A DNA stretch of 64,000 bases from Myxococcota bacterium (GTDB lineage Bacteria; Myxococcota_A; UBA796; CAJQPC01): assembly GCA_036229005.1 (NCBI GenBank), contig JAZAMN010000016.1, forward strand, positions 32,001 to 96,000, given 5' to 3'. This document shows, one piece after another, positions 59,788 to 64,000 of the stretch (position 1 is its first letter; the number at the start of each line of letters is the position of its first letter). The notes beneath the pieces were generated by a model. That model had not been told where the DNA came from, did not search any database, and was given only the letters and a program-made list of their open reading frames with translations. The position numbers and the translations under genes are program-made.

Positions 59788-60815
59788 AGCTCCTCCCCTT
59801 CCTCCAGCCACTGCTCCACCTCCGCCTCGGCCTCGATGCGCAGGCGCCGGTCGGCCTCCGCGCGGGCCTTCTCCCGGGAGAGGGCGGACACGCTGTCGGC
59901 GAGCAGCAGGTTGCGGCCGTTGACCTCGGCGGAGACCCGGCGGGAGAGGTCGGGGAGCACGTCCACCAGCAGCGCCTGGGTCTGCTCCACGTAGGTCTGT
60001 GTGACCTCCATCGCGGTGCCCAGCTCGGACAGCGACTCCTGCAGCTCGGCGACCACCAGCGGGGCGTCAGCGGCCATGCCCAAGGCCTGAATGCGCCGCC
60101 CGGCGTTGTCCACCGCGCCGCTGGCCTTCATCACATAGCCGGACATCCCCTCGTTCAGCTCCATGACTGTGTCACGGAGGGCCCGAGCGGGCTGCAGGCT
60201 GTCGGCGGCGAGCTGCTCGGCCACCCGGAAGAGCTCCATGTTCAGGCTCTCCTCCCGCAGCTCGAAGCTGAGCTGGTCGATGCGACGGGCGCGCTCCGCG
60301 TCGGTGAAGTTGCCGGTGCCGGCCTCCAGGGCCTCCAGCTCGGCCTCCACCTGCAGCACCCGCTCGGCGCTCAGGCGCTGGTTGCCCGCGGACTCCACCC
60401 GCTCCCGGTGCAGCCCGTCCACCTGCTCCTGGAGCTCCAGGGCGGTCAGGCGCAGCTCGTCCGAGAACGCCGAGGCCTGGCGCAGCCGCAGCGACGCCAG
60501 CTCGTACTGCTTGAGCAGCCCCTCGGCCACGGACCGGCGGCCCAGGATCACCCGGCGGGCGGTGAAGCGGCGCATCAGGCTGGCCAACATCGAGTCGTCC
60601 GCCTGCTGGGCCTCCAGATCGGCCAGGGCGGACTCGTGGCCCTTCATGGCCTTGAGCTCCCCGTCCAGGGCGCGGCCCAGCTCGTCCTGGGTCTTGACCA
60701 GGGCCTCGACCTTGGCCAGGGCCTCCTGGTGGCGCTTGTGGATCTCCTCGCGGCGCTGCTGCAGCGCGGCCTGGTTGGGGGGCGAAGCTCGCTTGCGGGA
60801 GGTCACAGCCATCAT
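59784..60815 (-). CDS. Long coiled-coil hypothetical protein
   Basis: ATG at 60815 or 60812; continuous E/Q/R/L/A heptads. Confidence 0.75.
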   Translation of the reverse strand: MMAVTSRKRASPPNQAALQQRREEIHKRHQEALAKVEALVKTQDELGRALDGELKAMKGHESALADLEAQQADDSMLASLMRRFTARRVILGRRSVAEGLLKQYELASLRLRQASAFSDELRLTALELQEQVDGLHRERVESAGNQRLSAERVLQVEAELEALEAGTGNFTDAERARRIDQLSFELREESLNMELFRVAEQLAADSLQPARALRDTVMELNEGMSGYVMKASGAVDNAGRRIQALGMAADAPLVVAELQESLSELGTAMEVTQTYVEQTQALLVDVLPDLSRRVSAEVNGRNLLLADSVSALSREKARAEADRRLRIEAEAEVEQWLEEGEEL

Positions 60816-60893
60816 CGTTGTTGTACCCCGGGCGGGAGTTCTCTGCTGGGTTTGGGCGGGCGACACCGGGTTCGGACCGCGGCGGCGCGCAGA

Positions 60894-60909
60894 TGTTCCA
60901 CGTGGAACA
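60894..60909. promoter_or_regulatory. parS chromosome partitioning site
   Basis: Perfect 16-bp palindrome TGTTCCACGTGGAACA matching the ParB-binding consensus, in an intergenic position. Confidence 0.9.
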
Positions 60910-60979
60910 GACCCTCTCCATTGCAAGGCGGCCGGCGTCGTGGCACAAGGGCGATCGAGCCCCCAGCCCCGGAGTGCGC

Positions 60980-61489
60980 GTGGCCATTCGACAGCGGATC
61001 AAGGATCGCCTCAAGCGCGCGCTGGGCAAGGCCCCTCAGCCTGCCTCGGAGCCCGCCCCCCAGCAGCCGGCCAGCCCGCCCAAGGCCGCCGCCGAGGCCG
61101 CAGCTCCCAAGGCCGAGACCCCCTCTCCCCAGGCCCCCGCGCCGGCGCCCCCCAAGGCCGCCGCGCCCAAGCGCCCCGCCATGCCCGAGGGCGCCGTCTC
61201 CCGCCCGGCCCCCGGCTCGCCCAAGGCCCGGGAGATCTCGCCCGAGAAGCAGCGCAAGGCGATCCTGCGGGCCAAGAAGGGCACTCTGCGCTTTGTCCAG
61301 GACAAAGGCGGCGTGGCCCACCTGGGCGAGATGCACGACAACAGCGAGCGCCGCTACTTCGTGGCCCACCGCGGCTTCTCCCGCCTGATGGAGGAGATGA
61401 CCGAAGAGGGCCTGCTGGACTACGACGAGGCCACCGGCGAGAGCCGGCTCACGCCCGCAGGCGCTCAGTGGCTGAGCGAGCAAGGCTGA
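60980..61489 (+). CDS. Pro/Ala-rich protein with a winged-helix-like C-terminal domain
   Basis: GTG at 60980 after GGAG; PAPK-rich linker then GGVAHLGEMH...EEGLLDYD...RLTPAG. Confidence 0.65.
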   Translation: MAIRQRIKDRLKRALGKAPQPASEPAPQQPASPPKAAAEAAAPKAETPSPQAPAPAPPKAAAPKRPAMPEGAVSRPAPGSPKAREISPEKQRKAILRAKKGTLRFVQDKGGVAHLGEMHDNSERRYFVAHRGFSRLMEEMTEEGLLDYDEATGESRLTPAGAQWLSEQG

Positions 61490-62459
61490 AGGGCGGGGTG
61501 ACCTCCACCACCACGCTGCCCCGCGCCCCGGACTCCGCGCAGGCGTGGGCCTGGGCGATCTGCTCCAGCGAAAAGCGCGCCGCGATGGTCGGGGCCAGGA
61601 TGTCCTCGCTGGCGAGCTGAGCCAATCGCTCGGTGTTCTCGCGGTCTCCAATGGCGACGTTGAAGACGGCGTGCTTGTCGCCCACCAGCCGGCTCGCCAG
61701 CATCCAGAACAGGTGCCCGGGGCGGATCGTCAGGGTCAGGTAGCGGCCCCCGGCGTTCAGGCGCTCCCGGGCCTGGGGGAAGCTGCTGCAGTCCGCGATA
61801 TCGAACACCACGTCCCAGCGCTGCTCGGCGCGGGTGTAGTCGAAGCTGCGGTGGTCGTGGACCTGGTGGGCGCCCAGGGCCTTCATCCGCTCGTGGTGCG
61901 CCTCGCTGCCCACCGCCGTCACCACAGCGCCCAGCCAGCGGGCGATCTGGATCGCGTAGCGGCCGACGCCGCCCGAGCCGCCCAGAATCAGGACCTCCTC
62001 GCCGGGCTGCACCTGGGCCAGCTCGTCCAGGAAGTGCAGGGCGGTGCCCGCGCCGTAGCTCAGCGCAGCGGCGGCCTCCCGCGAGACCTTGTCCGGGCGC
62101 AGGGCGATGGGGCCCTCGGCGTCCACCAGCACGGCCTCGGCCCAGGCGCCGTTGTCCACCTGACCGAAGACCTCGTCGCCCACCTTGAAGCGGGTGACCT
62201 GAGCGCCCACCTCGGCCACGCGGCCGGCGAACATGGTGCCCTGCACGGGGTGACGGGGCCGCAGCACGCCCATCATCAGGCGACCGGGGAGCGCGCTGAT
62301 GCCGGGGAAGTCGGCGCTGCGCAGGCGGCGGTCTCCGGCGCTGACCACGCTGACGTGCACGTTGACCAGCACCTGCCTGGGGCCGGGCTGGGGGCGGGGG
62401 ATGGCGCGCAGCTCGAGGACATCGCTGGGACCGTAGGCGGGGGTGAAGGCGGCTCGCAT
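61449..62459 (-). CDS. NAD(P)-dependent medium-chain dehydrogenase/reductase (quinone reductase-like)
   Basis: ATG at 62459 after AGGAG; YGPSDVL, FKVGDEVFG, LGGSGGVG and DVVFD. Confidence 0.9.
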   Translation of the reverse strand: MRAAFTPAYGPSDVLELRAIPRPQPGPRQVLVNVHVSVVSAGDRRLRSADFPGISALPGRLMMGVLRPRHPVQGTMFAGRVAEVGAQVTRFKVGDEVFGQVDNGAWAEAVLVDAEGPIALRPDKVSREAAAALSYGAGTALHFLDELAQVQPGEEVLILGGSGGVGRYAIQIARWLGAVVTAVGSEAHHERMKALGAHQVHDHRSFDYTRAEQRWDVVFDIADCSSFPQARERLNAGGRYLTLTIRPGHLFWMLASRLVGDKHAVFNVAIGDRENTERLAQLASEDILAPTIAARFSLEQIAQAHACAESGARGSVVVEVTPPFSLARSATERLRA

Positions 62460-62545
62460 GGGGTTCTCCTGTTGCCCCTTCAAGCTATGCAAGACGATTT
62501 CGCATGGGCAGTACCCAACGCCGCCTATCGGTTATGCCTTTTTGC

Positions 62546-63427
62546 ATGGAATGGTCCCTCATCGACTTTGACTGGAACCGGGCGCGCGCCTTCCTGGCCG
62601 CCGCCGAGGAGGGCTCCTTCTCCGCCGCCGCCCGCGCCCTCGGCAGCACCCAGCCCACCGTGGGCCGGCAGGTCGCCGCCCTGGAGCAGGAGCTGGGCGT
62701 CACCCTCTTCGAGCGCGTGGGCACCGGCCTGCAGCTCACCGAGAGCGGCGTCCAGCTCCGCGAGCACACCCTCAAGATGGCCACCGCCGCCCTGGGCGTC
62801 TCCCGCGCCGCCGCTGGCCGCTCCGAGCGCATCGAGGGCCTGGTCCGGGTCACCGCCAGCGAGGCCATCACCGCCTTCCTGCTGCCCCCCGTGGTCGTCT
62901 CCCTGCGCCGGGAGCACCCCGGCATCGAGCTGGAGCTGCTGGCCTCCAACGCCCTGCGGGACCTGCTGCGGCGGGAGGCCGACATCGCCATCCGGAACGT
63001 GCGGCCCCAGCACGCCAGCCTGATCGGCAAGCGCCTGCGCGACGGCAGCGCCGGACTCTACGCCGCCCCCGCCTACCTGGAGCGCGTCGGGCCCATCCGG
63101 AGCCCCGCGGATCTGGCCCGCTGCGAGATCCTGGCCTTCGACCAGACCGAGGCCATGATCGCCGGCCTCCAGCGCCTGGGCGTGGACACCCAGCCCCAGA
63201 ACTACCCGGTCACCGCCGCCAACCACCTGGTGCAGTGGTCGCTGTGCTGCGCGGGCGCCGGGCTCTGCTTCATGATGACCCAGGTGGGCGAGGCCGAGCC
63301 CCGAGTGCAGCGCGTGCTCCCCGAGCTCACCATGCCCCTGCAGACCTGGCTGGTCTGCCACCGCGAGCTCCACACCAGCCGCCGCCTGCGCACGGTGTTC
63401 GACGCCCTCGCGGACGCCCTCGGCTGA
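62546..63427 (+). CDS. LysR family transcriptional regulator
   Basis: FLAAAEEGSFSAAARALGSTQPTVGRQVAALE HTH and READIAIR; divergent from the MDR gene. Confidence 0.93.
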   Translation: MEWSLIDFDWNRARAFLAAAEEGSFSAAARALGSTQPTVGRQVAALEQELGVTLFERVGTGLQLTESGVQLREHTLKMATAALGVSRAAAGRSERIEGLVRVTASEAITAFLLPPVVVSLRREHPGIELELLASNALRDLLRREADIAIRNVRPQHASLIGKRLRDGSAGLYAAPAYLERVGPIRSPADLARCEILAFDQTEAMIAGLQRLGVDTQPQNYPVTAANHLVQWSLCCAGAGLCFMMTQVGEAEPRVQRVLPELTMPLQTWLVCHRELHTSRRLRTVFDALADALG

Positions 63428-63439
63428 GCCTCCCGGCCC

Positions 63440-64000
63440 TCAGCTCAGGCCCAGCCGCCGCGCCAGAAGCACCTGCTGCAGCTCCGCCAGCCCCCCGGGG
63501 AGCCCAAGCTCCTCCAGCCCGCACGCGATCTGCCGGGTCACCTCCAGGAGCAGGAGCTGCCGCGCCACCCCCGGCCCCGCCGCCGCCTTCGCGACCACCG
63601 GGTGCAACCGGTTCAGCCCCAGGCTCACGCCCCCTGAGCTCGCGCGCGTCACCGCCGGCCCCCGCGCCTTCTCCAGCCAGTGCACCTGCAGCGGCACCCC
63701 CAGCTCCGCCTGCTTCCCCAGCTCCTGGATGCTGCGCACCAGCTCGCCGCTCACCCGCCGCTCCGGGAGCACCCGCCGGGCCCGAGGCAACGGGATCGGG
63801 AGCGCCGGCCGGGCCTCCGGGGCCGCGTCCAGCCAGGCGTCCAGCGTGCCCCAGCGCTGCCCCTGCGCGTCCTCCAGGACCACCCCCGCCGCCAGGAGCC
63901 GCACCGTGCCCAGGTGTCCCCGGCCCTGCTGACTGGCCAGCACGCAGAAGTGCATCGCGTAGCGCCGCGCGTGCTCCGTCTGCTCCCCAAAGCGCCGCGC
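63440..64000 (-). CDS. Hypothetical protein, C-terminal part (runs off the window end)
   Basis: Frame open to 64000; LGLNRLHPVV resembles the C-terminal motif of HtpG-like proteins. Confidence 0.5.
   Translation of the reverse strand, partial: ARRFGEQTEHARRYAMHFCVLASQQGRGHLGTVRLLAAGVVLEDAQGQRWGTLDAWLDAAPEARPALPIPLPRARRVLPERRVSGELVRSIQELGKQAELGVPLQVHWLEKARGPAVTRASSGGVSLGLNRLHPVVAKAAAGPGVARQLLLLEVTRQIACGLEELGLPGGLAELQQVLLARRLGLS

Noticed and set aside
62487..62548. LysR binding boxes (ATGC...GCAT pairs) in the divergent promoter
   Set aside because: Plausible, but the spacing does not cleanly fit T-N11-A, and it would be ordinary if real.

Overview
A very GC-rich bacterial chromosomal window, most likely Myxococcota. 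This assignment is inferred from an AgmX/PglI-type domain, a MYXO-CTERM-like tail, MopE-like Cys/Asp repeats and the TGTTCCACGTGGAACA parS variant. The centrepiece (about 11.8-29.7 kb) is an expanded, Gram-negative-style poly-gamma-glutamate (cap/pgs) locus. It contains a CHASE2-like sensor, a double-CapC fusion carrying two apparently degenerate hydrolase-like domains, a secreted protein, a PghP-like zinc hydrolase, a giant helical plus beta-barrel outer-membrane protein, a HEAT-fused CapB and a convergent CapA lipoprotein. Other notable items: (1) an LVIVD-repeat lipoprotein with a selenocysteine UxxC redoxin domain and an fdhF-like SECIS, which the ORF track splits in two; (2) two copies of an unexplained palindromic element made of 31-bp-phased bipartite repeats; (3) dispersed heptamer repeats; (4) at least 13 predicted lipoproteins with ultra-short, uncharged signal peptides; (5) several probably leaderless genes; (6) a CX3CH/CX2CH cytochrome c paralog pair; (7) a small low-GC island; (8) a parS site. 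Housekeeping genes include uvrC, rluD and a phoB/phoR-like pair. No rRNA, tRNA, CRISPR array or transposase was recognised. All functional calls come from motif reading by eye, not from database searches.
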